The translations under genes were made by a program, and so were the position numbers. From contig CACELG010000002.1 in NCBI GenBank assembly GCA_902560315.1, positions 134,857-198,856 of the forward strand: 64,000 nucleotides of DNA, given 5' to 3'. This DNA is from an uncultured SAR86 cluster bacterium (GTDB taxonomy: Bacteria; Pseudomonadota; Gammaproteobacteria; Magnimaribacterales; D2472). Of this stretch, positions 26,763 to 37,089 are shown one piece after another (positions within the stretch are counted from its first letter, which is position 1; the number at the start of each line of letters is the position of its first letter). The notes under the pieces are model-generated. The model was not told the origin of the DNA. It saw only the letters and a list, made by a program, of their open reading frames with translations, and did not search any database.

Positions 26763-27914
26763 ATGTCTGAATCACAATTACCACTTTTGATTGGAATAGG
26801 AACAAGAATAAGAAAATCACCATATTATGACTCCGACTTAAAGTACGGAGTTACAGGATTTACTGTATATAACAAGATGTATCTTCCTACAGGTTTTTCA
26901 AGTCCTGAAAAAGAATATGAAAGCCTAATAAACGATGTAACATTTGGAGACTTTGCAGCAGAAAGACAAATAGAGATTAATGGTCCTGATGCCTATAAAT
27001 TTGTTCGCTATGTTCAGCCAAGAAATTTAGAGAAATGTGAAATAGGTTTTTGTAAATACATAATCTTAACCGATCAAGATGGCGGCATTATTAATGATGC
27101 ATGTCTCTTGAGACTTGAAGAGAATAAGTTTTGGATTTCTCCTGGAGATGGAGATGTTATATTGTGGTTACAAGGTATTGCAATTAATTCTGGCATGGAT
27201 GTATCAATACATGAGCCAGATGCTTCTCCTCTTCAAATCAGCGGACCAAAGTCTGGAAAATTAATTCAAAAGCTTTTTAAAGGAGAGCATGATGATCTTG
27301 GATACTACAAAGCAAAAATTACGACTTTAGAAGACATCCCAATGGTTATTGCAAGAACTGGTTGGAGTGGGGAACTAAGTTATGAACTATATCTCCAAGA
27401 CAGAACATTAGGGAATAAATTATTTGAATTAGTATATAAGGCAGCTGAGGAACTTAACGGAAGAGTTATCGCACCAAATAATATTAGAACTATTGAAGGA
27501 GGTATTTTGTCTTACGGCGGTGATTTTGGGAGAGAACATAATCCATATACCATTGGATTGGGTAGGCTTGTAGATGTAGACCAAGAGGTAGATTTCATTG
27601 GCAAGGAAGCACTAAAAAAAATAAAAGAAGCAGGGCTAACTGAAAAATTAGTTGGCCTTGAGTTAGATGGAGAACCAATTACAAAAGCACCCGAAAATTT
27701 TTGGCCAGTCAATTGCAATAATAATAAAGTTGGAAGGGTATCTAGAGCATTCTTTTCGCCTCGACTTGAAAAGAATATTGCACTAGCAATTGTAGATATT
27801 GAGTTTGCTAATGAAGGGAGTAAACTTATTGTTGAAAGTCCATACGGAGACTTACAATCTATCGTTGTATCTTTGCCTTGGTTTCAAGCTGATAAAGAGA
27901 CACACTTAGATTAA
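26763..27914 (+). CDS. Aminomethyltransferase (GcvT) family protein, DmdA-like
   Basis: RIRKSPYY...FTVYNKMYLPTGF...ERQIEINGPDA...GGIINDACLLRLEENKFWIS...EPDASPLQISGP...IARTGWSGELSYELY follows the GcvT/DmdA fold order. Confidence 0.75.
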   Translation: MSESQLPLLIGIGTRIRKSPYYDSDLKYGVTGFTVYNKMYLPTGFSSPEKEYESLINDVTFGDFAAERQIEINGPDAYKFVRYVQPRNLEKCEIGFCKYIILTDQDGGIINDACLLRLEENKFWISPGDGDVILWLQGIAINSGMDVSIHEPDASPLQISGPKSGKLIQKLFKGEHDDLGYYKAKITTLEDIPMVIARTGWSGELSYELYLQDRTLGNKLFELVYKAAEELNGRVIAPNNIRTIEGGILSYGGDFGREHNPYTIGLGRLVDVDQEVDFIGKEALKKIKEAGLTEKLVGLELDGEPITKAPENFWPVNCNNNKVGRVSRAFFSPRLEKNIALAIVDIEFANEGSKLIVESPYGDLQSIVVSLPWFQADKETHLD

Positions 27915-27916
27915 TC

Positions 27917-28429
27917 ATGCATATTAAATACAATATAGTATTTTTGTTTTTAACTTTATCTTTTAATGTAATGTCTGATATTTCAAATAATCCATCAAAT
28001 TGGTATGTTGTGACTGATCAAGTAATGGGTGGTAAATCAGAGTTAGAAGCAGATTATAGCGATGGTGTTTTTAGTTTGAGTGGATTTGTTACTACTGAAA
28101 ATAATGGAGGATTTGTCAGATTGGCGCATATGCCAAAAAATGTTGATAAGGAAGTTAAAGGTATTCGTTTCATGGCAAAAGGAAATAATGAATCATATGA
28201 AGTCCATGTAACCATGCAAGGAATTAGAATGCCGCCTTGGGCATATCATAGTTCCAAATTTAATGTAAATAAAGAATGGCAGATGTTTGAAATAAGTTTT
28301 TCTGAATTTGAAAAAAAATCTGGGATGTCACCAAAATTACTTCCAAAAAATATCAGAGATATAAGCTTTGCAGGATATGGGAGAGACTTTAATGTTGATC
28401 TTCATGTCAAAGACATAAGCTTTTATTAA
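27917..28429 (+). CDS. CIA30-domain protein with signal peptide
   Basis: VTDQVMGGKSE...GFVTTENNGGFVRL, typical of the complex I intermediate-associated protein 30 domain. Hydrophobic N-terminus. Confidence 0.7.
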   Translation: MHIKYNIVFLFLTLSFNVMSDISNNPSNWYVVTDQVMGGKSELEADYSDGVFSLSGFVTTENNGGFVRLAHMPKNVDKEVKGIRFMAKGNNESYEVHVTMQGIRMPPWAYHSSKFNVNKEWQMFEISFSEFEKKSGMSPKLLPKNIRDISFAGYGRDFNVDLHVKDISFY

Positions 28430-28884
28430 TGTTTTCATCTAATGATAAGCTTTTTATGGAAAGAGCTTTTGAGTTGGCAATGGAATGCCTTGATGATGAG
28501 GAAGTTCCAGTTGGAGCTGTTATAGTAAAAGATAATAAAATAATTGGTGAAGGAAAGAACAAAGTAATATCTGATAATGATGTGACCTCACATGCTGAAA
28601 TTAATGCAATAAGAGACGCATCCAAAAATATTAAAAATTATAGGCTTAATGGCTCTTCTATGTATGTCACACTTGAGCCATGTCATATGTGTGCTAAAGC
28701 CATAATTGATGCGCGATTAGAAAATTTGATATTCTCAACAAAAGAGCCAAAGACAGGATCTATAGTTTCTATTGACTGTTTTTTTGATAATCAATTCCTA
28801 AATCATAAAGTTGACTATAAATATGGTTTGCTTAAAGAGGAAAGTTCTAGTTTGCTTAAAGATTTTTTTCTGTCTAAAAGATAG
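28429..28884 (+). CDS. tadA: tRNA adenosine(34) deaminase
   Basis: HAEINAIR and PCHMCAKAI zinc-binding CDA motifs, size of about 150 aa. Confidence 0.85.
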   Translation: MFSSNDKLFMERAFELAMECLDDEEVPVGAVIVKDNKIIGEGKNKVISDNDVTSHAEINAIRDASKNIKNYRLNGSSMYVTLEPCHMCAKAIIDARLENLIFSTKEPKTGSIVSIDCFFDNQFLNHKVDYKYGLLKEESSSLLKDFFLSKR

Positions 28885-29322
28885 TTAAATATTTTTTTCC
28901 ATAGTGGTATGAGGAATGCCTGTATCAGATCCATCATATTTTTTTACAATTTTATAACCTGATTTTTCATAAAATTTGATTACATAATCTCTGGCATTAA
29001 GAATAATTTTTCTTGCATCCATCTCTTTAGCTTTTTCTTCTAAAAGAAGAAGAATTTTTTTACCAATGCCTTTTCCTTGAAGGTTTTCTTCGACCGCCAT
29101 ATATCTTATTTGAGCCTCATTATGATTATTAAAATGAAGCCTTCCACAGGATATGACATTATTATTTTTAAACCCAACAAGATGGTAACTTGATTCTTCG
29201 TACTTATCTTTTAGAGATTCAATAGATTTACCAATTGGTTTTCGAAGAATCTTCCATCTAAATAGATCATATCTTTTAAACTCATCTAAATTAATTGGAG
29301 TTCTATATTCGATGTCACTCAT
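28885..29322 (-). CDS. GNAT-family N-acetyltransferase
   Basis: VEENLQGKGIGKKIL acetyl-CoA binding motif (Q/RxxGxG). Confidence 0.8.
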   Translation of the reverse strand: MSDIEYRTPINLDEFKRYDLFRWKILRKPIGKSIESLKDKYEESSYHLVGFKNNNVISCGRLHFNNHNEAQIRYMAVEENLQGKGIGKKILLLLEEKAKEMDARKIILNARDYVIKFYEKSGYKIVKKYDGSDTGIPHTTMEKNI

Positions 29323-30127
29323 TTAAATCCAACCACACGGGACAGTGATCAGATGGTTTTTCCATTGCACGAGATTCGTAATCAATGCCAACCTTTTTAA
29401 TATTATCCCTAAGATTTTCTGATAATAAAATATGATCGATTCTGAGACCTCTTTTTGGATCTTGATCAAACATTCTTGATCTATAATCAAACCAAGAGTA
29501 AATTGATGACTCCTTAGGATTTATTTCTCTCCAGGTATCAACGAATCCTAGATTTTTGATATTGTTCCACATCTCTCTTTCTTGGGGTTGAAAGGATGTT
29601 TTTCCTTCTCTAAGCCATCTTTTAGCATTTTGTTCGCCGATGCCAATATCTATGTCTTGAGGCGATACATTAAAATCACCCATAATGATCATGTTTGATG
29701 AAGTCTTTTTAAGATTAGTTATATGATCACTTAAATCATTATAAAATTTTACCTTTTTAGGAAATTTAGTTTCATGATTTATATTTTCTCCTTGAGGAAA
29801 ATAACCATTCATAATAATCAATTCTTTTTCACCAAAATGGAATGTTGATTGTATAAATCTTTTTTGATCATCTTCAGAGTCGTTAATAAATCCTTTGACA
29901 GTAGCAATGGGTTTATTTTTACTTAATATAGCTACTCCATAGTGTCCTTTTTGGCCCCAAAACTCAGCGTGATAACCTATTTCATTTATAACATCAATTG
30001 GGAATTCAGGATCATTAACTTTTGTTTCTTGAAGTCCTATAACATCTGGATTAAGAGTATCTCTAAGATGCTCAATCTGATGGGGCCTAGCTCTTATACT
30101 ATTAATATTAAATGAAATTATCTTCAT
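29315..30127 (-). CDS. xthA: Exodeoxyribonuclease III
   Basis: MKIISFNINSIRAR, GLQETK, GDFNV and SDHCPVWLDL motifs of EEP-fold AP endonucleases. Confidence 0.9.
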   Translation of the reverse strand: MKIISFNINSIRARPHQIEHLRDTLNPDVIGLQETKVNDPEFPIDVINEIGYHAEFWGQKGHYGVAILSKNKPIATVKGFINDSEDDQKRFIQSTFHFGEKELIIMNGYFPQGENINHETKFPKKVKFYNDLSDHITNLKKTSSNMIIMGDFNVSPQDIDIGIGEQNAKRWLREGKTSFQPQEREMWNNIKNLGFVDTWREINPKESSIYSWFDYRSRMFDQDPKRGLRIDHILLSENLRDNIKKVGIDYESRAMEKPSDHCPVWLDLNE

Positions 30128-30132
30128 GATTA

Positions 30133-32169
30133 CTACTTTGCAGAGGTCAAGATTATACTTGTTTCAAATTCTAAAAAATCTTTCATAATATTTGTTGATT
30201 CAATTAATTGATAATCAGATTCTAGATCTATCGAATTGCTAAAATCATTTTCACTATCATTGTAGTCTTCCATTTCTTGAAATGATTCAAAGGTCTCTAA
30301 CCCAATCGCAACTCGTCTATTGTTTTCGATTTCTAAAAGCCAGCTCTTTCTTAATTCTTTTTGAATTTTTCTTTCCTCAAAATTTAGGCTTAACAATTTT
30401 TTATTTTTATTTAAATCATATCTATTTCTTACTTTTTTAAGATAATTTAGATTAGGTTCATCGTCTAATCTTAATTCATATTTTGCAACAACTTCTTCAA
30501 TAATCTTAGAATCCATTTTGAATTTTTTATGCCTGTATGGTCTTATTACATCCCATGACATCGCAGTTGGATAAGAGCTTTCTCCAACTGTATCTATATC
30601 CCATGTCACTGGTAATTCAATATCTGGCGTAACTCCTTTATTTTGAGTACTCATTCCGTTAACTCTATAATATTTTGATTCAGTTATTTTTATTTGGCCT
30701 TCAGATAAATCTTCCAAACTCTGAACTGTACCCTTACCAAAAGTACGTTGACCGACGACAATACCTCTTTTGTAATCTTGAATAGCACCAGCCACAATTT
30801 CAGAAGCCGATGCAGAATATCGATTTACAAGAACTAATAAGGGTTTATCCCAAATTTGAATAGCTCTCGAACTTCCATAAGGTTGAATAAAGCCTCTGCT
30901 TTGTTTTACTTGTACTGTTGGACCAGACGAAACAAATAAACCAATAATTTTATTAGCTTCAATTAATGCACCACCACCATTATTTCTTAAATCTAAAATA
31001 ACAGCATCTACATTTGAATCATTGAAGTTTTTTAAAATATTTTGAACATCGTTACTGCTGCTTCTATATTCTTTGTTTTTCTTTTGATATTCATTAAAGT
31101 CAATATAAAAAGAGGGCAGGTCAATTATCCCAATCCTACTATCATTAACATTAACAATTTCTGACTTTGCAGCTCTATCCTCAAGCTTTATTTCTTCTCT
31201 CTTAAGCGTAACTAACTTTGTTGAATCACTATTAGACTCAAATGATATAAATTCTATTTCTACTTCAGTTCCTGCTTCACCTCTAATAAGATCTACAACT
31301 TCATCGATCCTCCAGCCAACAACATCTGTATAATTTGGTGATCCAATTTGTCTTATTCTCGTAATTTTATCTTCAGGATTAATTTTTCCCGATTTCTCTG
31401 CTGGTCCTCCAGGCACTAAATTTATAATCTTAGTATAGTCATCTTCAACTCCAAGAAGAGCGCCAATACCACTAAGCTTTAAGCTCATGTTTAGATCAAA
31501 ATCTTCTGCGGAACGAGGCGATAAATATGAGGAATGTGGGTCAAATTGGTTTGTTAGTATATTTATAGCTAATGAAAATATATCTTCTTCTTTTTGTTGA
31601 GATATTCTTCGAATCCTATTTTTATATCTTTTTATCAAATCATTTTGAGGCTTCACACTTGAAGATTCTGAGAGCTTAATAACAAGATAGTCATTTTTTG
31701 TTTCTAATCGCCACAAATTTTTTAAATCGTCAAAATTAGATTGCCATTGGTTATCTTCATAAAAGATGTCTAAGTAATCCTCCTTGCTAAAATCAAAATT
31801 ATTTTCTTCAATTAATTTAATTTGAAAATTTGAGAAATCTACAAGTCTCTGAAAATACAGATTAATTAGTTCATAGGCTAACTCTATATCAAAATGATTT
31901 TCGGTAAAAACTTCAGATTCTTTGATAAATTTTTGTACCTCATCAGCAATAAATAGGTTTTTATTTTCATCAAGCCTTTCAATAATCGCATCAAAATATT
32001 TTTTATTAAAATTATTTTTATCAATTTTTTTAAGGTAATGTTCTTTTTCAAGCTTATTAAAAATTTCATTGCTAAGATTTCTTTTGTTTTCACTTAGATC
32101 GATCTTATTATAATTATCAGAAGATACCCCAATACTAAAGATAATTATAAGAATATATATATATCGCAT
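30133..32169 (-). CDS. prc: Tail-specific (C-terminal processing) protease, S41 family
   Basis: Signal peptide, PDZ region, DLRNNGGG, catalytic SASASEI and FGKGTVQ motifs, size of about 680 aa. Confidence 0.85.
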   Translation of the reverse strand: MRYIYILIIIFSIGVSSDNYNKIDLSENKRNLSNEIFNKLEKEHYLKKIDKNNFNKKYFDAIIERLDENKNLFIADEVQKFIKESEVFTENHFDIELAYELINLYFQRLVDFSNFQIKLIEENNFDFSKEDYLDIFYEDNQWQSNFDDLKNLWRLETKNDYLVIKLSESSSVKPQNDLIKRYKNRIRRISQQKEEDIFSLAINILTNQFDPHSSYLSPRSAEDFDLNMSLKLSGIGALLGVEDDYTKIINLVPGGPAEKSGKINPEDKITRIRQIGSPNYTDVVGWRIDEVVDLIRGEAGTEVEIEFISFESNSDSTKLVTLKREEIKLEDRAAKSEIVNVNDSRIGIIDLPSFYIDFNEYQKKNKEYRSSSNDVQNILKNFNDSNVDAVILDLRNNGGGALIEANKIIGLFVSSGPTVQVKQSRGFIQPYGSSRAIQIWDKPLLVLVNRYSASASEIVAGAIQDYKRGIVVGQRTFGKGTVQSLEDLSEGQIKITESKYYRVNGMSTQNKGVTPDIELPVTWDIDTVGESSYPTAMSWDVIRPYRHKKFKMDSKIIEEVVAKYELRLDDEPNLNYLKKVRNRYDLNKNKKLLSLNFEERKIQKELRKSWLLEIENNRRVAIGLETFESFQEMEDYNDSENDFSNSIDLESDYQLIESTNIMKDFLEFETSIILTSAK

Positions 32170-32179
32170 TAGAATAAAC

Positions 32180-33268
32180 TCATAGACCTTGAATTTTTGC
32201 TGCTTCTTCTCTAACTATCTCTGGAGAACCAAGAATATGTCTATTTAAACCAATTCTTTTAAACCAAAAATGCAAACCAAGCAAATCAGTGAAACCCATA
32301 CCTCCATGAACTTCAGTAGCTTTTTTTGCAACCATTTTTGATACTTCTGCTACATGAGATTTTGCTAAGCAAGACATAAGCCGAGAATCCTCACTAGAAT
32401 CATCAAAACTATGTGCCGCATGCCACACCAATGAATAACATGGCTCTAGCTCTGCTGTCATTTCAGCACACATATGTTTAACAGCTTGAAATGACCCAAT
32501 TACTCTATTAAATTGCTTTCTTTCCTTTGAGTACTCAACAGCTTTATTTATCATTGCTTGAGACGCTCCTAATGAATCAGCAGCATTAATAATTCTTCCC
32601 GCATCTAATGCTTTTTCTATTGTTTTAGAAGACGATTTTGTTTTTTCTAATATTTCAATAGCGGTTTCTTTAAAACGCATCTCTTTATATGATCTAGTCT
32701 TATCAACTGTTGTAAGATCGACTATCTCTATACCATTTGAATCAAGTGATACAACTCCAATTTGTCCTGTTTTATCAGCAAGCATAACGTGAGAGGCAAA
32801 ATCTGTATCTAGAACAAATAAAGTTCTACCTGATACCTTATTGTCTGAAATAGATAGCTCACTTGAATCCCTTGATCCAAAATATTCGGAAAAACCAACT
32901 CCAAAGTTGATTAAGTTTTGTGACATATCATTAAATAGTTTCTCTCTTTGATCATCCCCTGCGCCATATTTAATAACTATCGGAGCCATTACATATGGAC
33001 CTATAAAAGGTAATGTGGCAACTCCTTCACCAAGGCTTTGACTAACAGCAGTTGCAAAAAGCAAATCTAAACCCAAACCACCATTACTTTCAGGTATTAA
33101 AATATTATTTATTCCAAGATTTATAAGACCTTGATGAAGATCTTTTTTTACCTCTAGATTTTCTCCTTCTGTTATTTTCTTTATAGAATCAAGGGGGGCT
33201 TGATCTTCTAAAAATTTTTTTACATTATCTTGAAAAAAAATCTGGTCTTCTGATAATCCAAAATACAT
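32180..33268 (-). CDS. Acyl-CoA dehydrogenase family protein (small partner of tandem pair)
   Basis: ACAD fold: SFQAVKHMCAEM, VHGGMGFTD. I prefer the start at ATG 33268 (MYFGLSEDQ...), one nt after the upstream stop (TAAAATG), over track start 33310. Confidence 0.8.
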   Translation of the reverse strand: MYFGLSEDQIFFQDNVKKFLEDQAPLDSIKKITEGENLEVKKDLHQGLINLGINNILIPESNGGLGLDLLFATAVSQSLGEGVATLPFIGPYVMAPIVIKYGAGDDQREKLFNDMSQNLINFGVGFSEYFGSRDSSELSISDNKVSGRTLFVLDTDFASHVMLADKTGQIGVVSLDSNGIEIVDLTTVDKTRSYKEMRFKETAIEILEKTKSSSKTIEKALDAGRIINAADSLGASQAMINKAVEYSKERKQFNRVIGSFQAVKHMCAEMTAELEPCYSLVWHAAHSFDDSSEDSRLMSCLAKSHVAEVSKMVAKKATEVHGGMGFTDLLGLHFWFKRIGLNRHILGSPEIVREEAAKIQGL

Positions 33269-33269
33269 T

Positions 33270-34514
33270 TTAAGCCCCTTGTTGAGTCTTCGGCTCTCTT
33301 GGCATGCCAAGGCCTCTCTCTGAAATTATATTTTTTTGTATTTGGCTAGTTCCACCTCCAATAATTAGACCTAAATAATACATATAGGTAAATTGCCATG
33401 ATCCTCCATCTCTAATATTAGGACTATCTTCATAGAGTGTTCCTAATTCTCCCATAATGTCTATACCAAAACCTTCAAGCTCATGTCTTAATTCAGTCCC
33501 AACTAATTTTTGAATCATACCTGCAATTTTTACATCCTGACCTTTATTTAATTTAGCAGACAGAACCCTTAAAGCATTTGATTGGAATGCCATAACTTTG
33601 CCTTGAAGCTTTATTAACCGATCTCTATATGCAGGATTGTCTATAATCTTTTCTCCATTAATAGTTTCTTCTTTCATTCTATCTATTAACAAATTCAATC
33701 TACTCATAGTTGCATTTGGATTTGTTAATGATCCTCGTTCGTGTCCAAGTGTTGCATTTGCAACAGCCCAACCTTCACCTCTTTTACCCACAATGTTTGT
33801 TTCAGGTATAGTTGCGTCAGTAAAAAATACTTCATTAAACCCGGCATGTAATGTCATATCTACTAAAGGCCTAATTTCAATACCTGGAGTATCCATTGGT
33901 ATCAATAGATAGCTTATACCTGCATGCTTTGGAGCATCAGGCTCAGTTCTAACTAGGCAAAACATCATCTGTGAATATTGTGCGGTACTAGTCCATATTT
34001 TCTGACCATTGATAACCCAATTCCCTTCAATAAGCTCACCTTTAGTCTGAAGGCTAGCCAAATCACTTCCTGCATTTGGTTCTGAATATCCTTGACACCA
34101 TATCATCTCCCCATGAAGCGTTGGTTTAATATATTTTTCCTTTTGTTCTTGAGTACCAAGTTCTAAGAGGGTAGGTACCAACATATCTATACCTTGGCCT
34201 CCCATTGGAGGTGGTATCTTTGATGATGCAAATTCAGCAGCAATAATTCGATTTTTAATAATATCTATTTCTCCACCAAAACCACCAAATTCTTTCGGAA
34301 TAGATCTAGCAAAATAACCATTTTTTATTAGTATTTTTTGCCATTCAGATCTAGTTACCTTTTGTCCATTAGATTTGTCTGAATCAGCAACTGCATTCAA
34401 AGAAGTCAGTGCTCCGCCTTTTTTATTGGTAATGGTTACCCCAGAGTATTTTTTACAAAATTTTTGAACTTCTTTTCTGAAGCCTTCATATTCTGATCCA
34501 TAATTTAAGTCCAT
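33270..34514 (-). CDS. Acyl-CoA dehydrogenase family protein (large partner, GGTS-type C-terminus)
   Basis: WCQGYSEPNAGSDLASL, QKIWTS, and C-terminal GGGTSQIQKNIISERGLGMP. Confidence 0.85.
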   Translation of the reverse strand: MDLNYGSEYEGFRKEVQKFCKKYSGVTITNKKGGALTSLNAVADSDKSNGQKVTRSEWQKILIKNGYFARSIPKEFGGFGGEIDIIKNRIIAAEFASSKIPPPMGGQGIDMLVPTLLELGTQEQKEKYIKPTLHGEMIWCQGYSEPNAGSDLASLQTKGELIEGNWVINGQKIWTSTAQYSQMMFCLVRTEPDAPKHAGISYLLIPMDTPGIEIRPLVDMTLHAGFNEVFFTDATIPETNIVGKRGEGWAVANATLGHERGSLTNPNATMSRLNLLIDRMKEETINGEKIIDNPAYRDRLIKLQGKVMAFQSNALRVLSAKLNKGQDVKIAGMIQKLVGTELRHELEGFGIDIMGELGTLYEDSPNIRDGGSWQFTYMYYLGLIIGGGTSQIQKNIISERGLGMPREPKTQQGA

Positions 34515-34527
34515 GATTTATCCTTAT

Positions 34528-35313
34528 TTAATCCCAGTTTGGTTTTCTTTTTTCTAGAAATGCTGCAATGCCTTCTTTGGCATCTTTTCCTTCAAAGCAT
34601 TTTGCAATTTGTTCTTGTAAATATGGTAACGCCTCATCAAAACTTTTACTATCTTGTTTTTCATATGCCTCAAGACCAAACTGCATAGTCTCTGGAGCTA
34701 AATTTGCTAACTCTTCAGCTAAAGAACTTACAGCATCATCCAATTCAACCCTATCCACACATTTATTAATTAAGCCCCATTTTTCAGCTTCTGAAGAATC
34801 AATTGGTTGTCCTCTCATGATGAAATCAAGACCAGCTCTTTTTGGCATAACCCTAAAAAGACCAGCCATAACCATAAATGGCCAAAGACCTCTATGAATT
34901 TCAGGAGCTGAGAATTTTGCATCTTTTACGGCTATAGCATGTGTAGCATTTGTCACTATTAGAAGGGCTCCAGCAAGCACAGATCCTTGAATTTTACATA
35001 TAACTGGTTTATATAAATGTCTTAAAGAAAGACTAATGTCATCTGCACCCTTTATTTTTGGTACATTTGATTCTGATTTTGTCCTTGTTAGATCAGCTCC
35101 TGCACAAAAAATATCCCCTTCAGCTGCTATGACAACTACTCTAATGGAGCGCTCTTGTTTAGCATAGGCAAGTGCATAATTGAGTTCATTCATCATGACA
35201 TTATTTAATGCATTCTTCTTTTCTGGCCTATTGAGCGTTAAAGTTATTATGTTATTTGCTATGTCTAATTTAATAGCCTGAAAATCTAATCCTTCTAAAG
35301 AAAGTTTCCCCAT
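34528..35313 (-). CDS. Enoyl-CoA hydratase (AtuE/LiuC-like position)
   Basis: Crotonase motifs: VVVIAAEGDIFCAGADL, and C-terminal EGIAAFLEKRKPNW. Confidence 0.85.
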   Translation of the reverse strand: MGKLSLEGLDFQAIKLDIANNIITLTLNRPEKKNALNNVMMNELNYALAYAKQERSIRVVVIAAEGDIFCAGADLTRTKSESNVPKIKGADDISLSLRHLYKPVICKIQGSVLAGALLIVTNATHAIAVKDAKFSAPEIHRGLWPFMVMAGLFRVMPKRAGLDFIMRGQPIDSSEAEKWGLINKCVDRVELDDAVSSLAEELANLAPETMQFGLEAYEKQDSKSFDEALPYLQEQIAKCFEGKDAKEGIAAFLEKRKPNWD

Positions 35314-35315
35314 AA

Positions 35316-37088
35316 TTATTGATCCTCTAATAAATTTTTAGGAACTTGAATCTCTTTTGCTCTTAAATATTCGCCTAAAGATTTTGCTTGCCCGTCTTTT
35401 CTGTTATTAGATGAGACACCGTCTTGCAAAATATCATGTATATAAAAATTGAGAGAATTTATATTAGCCAACTCATATCTATCAATACTAAAATCTTTTA
35501 AATCCGGCAAAAGTTCTTTGAGCTTATCAACTGATAAATATCTTATTAAAAACGCAAACGATTTTGAATTTTTTGCCCAAACTCCAAGATTTGCACATCC
35601 ACCTTTATCACCTGATCTAGTCCCATAGATATCACCAAAATTTATAGTTTCCTCATCTTTCATTTCAACTTCTTCAATCATAATAGGTTCTTTTTGATAA
35701 TATATCTCTTCAAAATCCATCTGACTTGTTGGAATAATCTCAATTTCTTGATCATTGATATGAACAACTTCTTTGATGTGCTTGCTATCAATTAATGCTG
35801 GCCAATAAACTATTACTGGACCGCTTGATTTAACACCTCCTTGAGCAAAAAATCCTGGAATATTTGCTAATGCTAATTCAATAATCTTTGCACTAAACAA
35901 TCTTCCAACTAATTCAGCATCCATAGATTTAACTGAAATTACTAGCGAAGCCATGGCTTCTTCATTGCTAATGGGATTTTTTTTATCTGTTCTATGTAAT
36001 TGAATAGAAACCTCATCAAATTGCTTTTTTCCACCCACGGAATTAAAAAGGGCGTTAGTAAAAACTTCTGCTTTTTCTTCTATATCAAGACCAGTTAAGA
36101 TGACTTCCATTCCATTTCTGAACCCACCGGATAGATTTATACAAACCTTATGCTCTTTAGGGGGAGAACTGCCTCTACAACCTGAAACATAAACCCTATC
36201 TTTTTCTATATCTTCAATTTTTAGAGTATCAAAATGAGATATTACATCAGGATTTATGTATGCAGGCGAACCTATTTCATATAATAATTGAGCTGTAACT
36301 GTACCCTTTGAAACAAGACCTCCTGTATCAGGATGTTTTGTGATATAAAAACTCCCATCTTTTAATATTTCAGCTATAGGGTAACCAAGATTATCGAAAC
36401 TAGGAACTTCTTTAAAAAATGCATAATTACCACCAGTTGCTTGACACCCGCATTCAATAATATGACCAGCAGCCAATGCTCCTGCTAATGCATCATAGTT
36501 ATTTCTTTCCCAATTGAATTTCCATGCAGCCGGACCAATAACTACAGCCGCATCTGTTACTCTGGGACAAACTACAATGTCTGCTCCATTATCTAATGCT
36601 TCTTTGATTCCCCATGCACCCAAATAAGCATTTGCTGTAAGCGTTGTGTATCCTGAATCACTTAGTGGAATTTTTTTATCCATGTTTTGGAATGCTTCAC
36701 CATCATTAGAAAGTGCATCTATTCTGGGTAATAAATCATCTCCATCTATATAAGCAACTTTCATATCAATTGACTGATCTTCTAATATTTTTTTTATTTC
36801 ATTTGCCATAGATTTGGGGTTCAAACCACCAGCATTACTAATAATTTTAATATTTTTTTCTTTACAACTTTTAGCGACTTCTTTTATTTGTTTAAGAAAA
36901 GTTCCAACATATCCTCTGTCTTCTCCTCTTTGAAGTTTTTGGTTATATAAAATTGTCATAGTTAATTCAGCAAGGTAATCCCCTGTTAGAACATCAATTG
37001 GGCCTCCATCTACTAATTCTTTTGCTGCTGATAATTTGTCTCCATAGAAACCACTACAATTAGCAATTTTAATAACACCTTCGCTCAT
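35316..37088 (-). CDS. Acyclic terpene utilisation AtuA-family protein (DUF1446 type)
   Basis: N-terminus IKIANCSGFYGDKLSAAKELVDGGPIDVLTGDYLAELTM, and a length of about 590 aa as in AtuA-type proteins. Confidence 0.75.
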   Translation of the reverse strand: MSEGVIKIANCSGFYGDKLSAAKELVDGGPIDVLTGDYLAELTMTILYNQKLQRGEDRGYVGTFLKQIKEVAKSCKEKNIKIISNAGGLNPKSMANEIKKILEDQSIDMKVAYIDGDDLLPRIDALSNDGEAFQNMDKKIPLSDSGYTTLTANAYLGAWGIKEALDNGADIVVCPRVTDAAVVIGPAAWKFNWERNNYDALAGALAAGHIIECGCQATGGNYAFFKEVPSFDNLGYPIAEILKDGSFYITKHPDTGGLVSKGTVTAQLLYEIGSPAYINPDVISHFDTLKIEDIEKDRVYVSGCRGSSPPKEHKVCINLSGGFRNGMEVILTGLDIEEKAEVFTNALFNSVGGKKQFDEVSIQLHRTDKKNPISNEEAMASLVISVKSMDAELVGRLFSAKIIELALANIPGFFAQGGVKSSGPVIVYWPALIDSKHIKEVVHINDQEIEIIPTSQMDFEEIYYQKEPIMIEEVEMKDEETINFGDIYGTRSGDKGGCANLGVWAKNSKSFAFLIRYLSVDKLKELLPDLKDFSIDRYELANINSLNFYIHDILQDGVSSNNRKDGQAKSLGEYLRAKEIQVPKNLLEDQ

Positions 37089-37089
37089 T

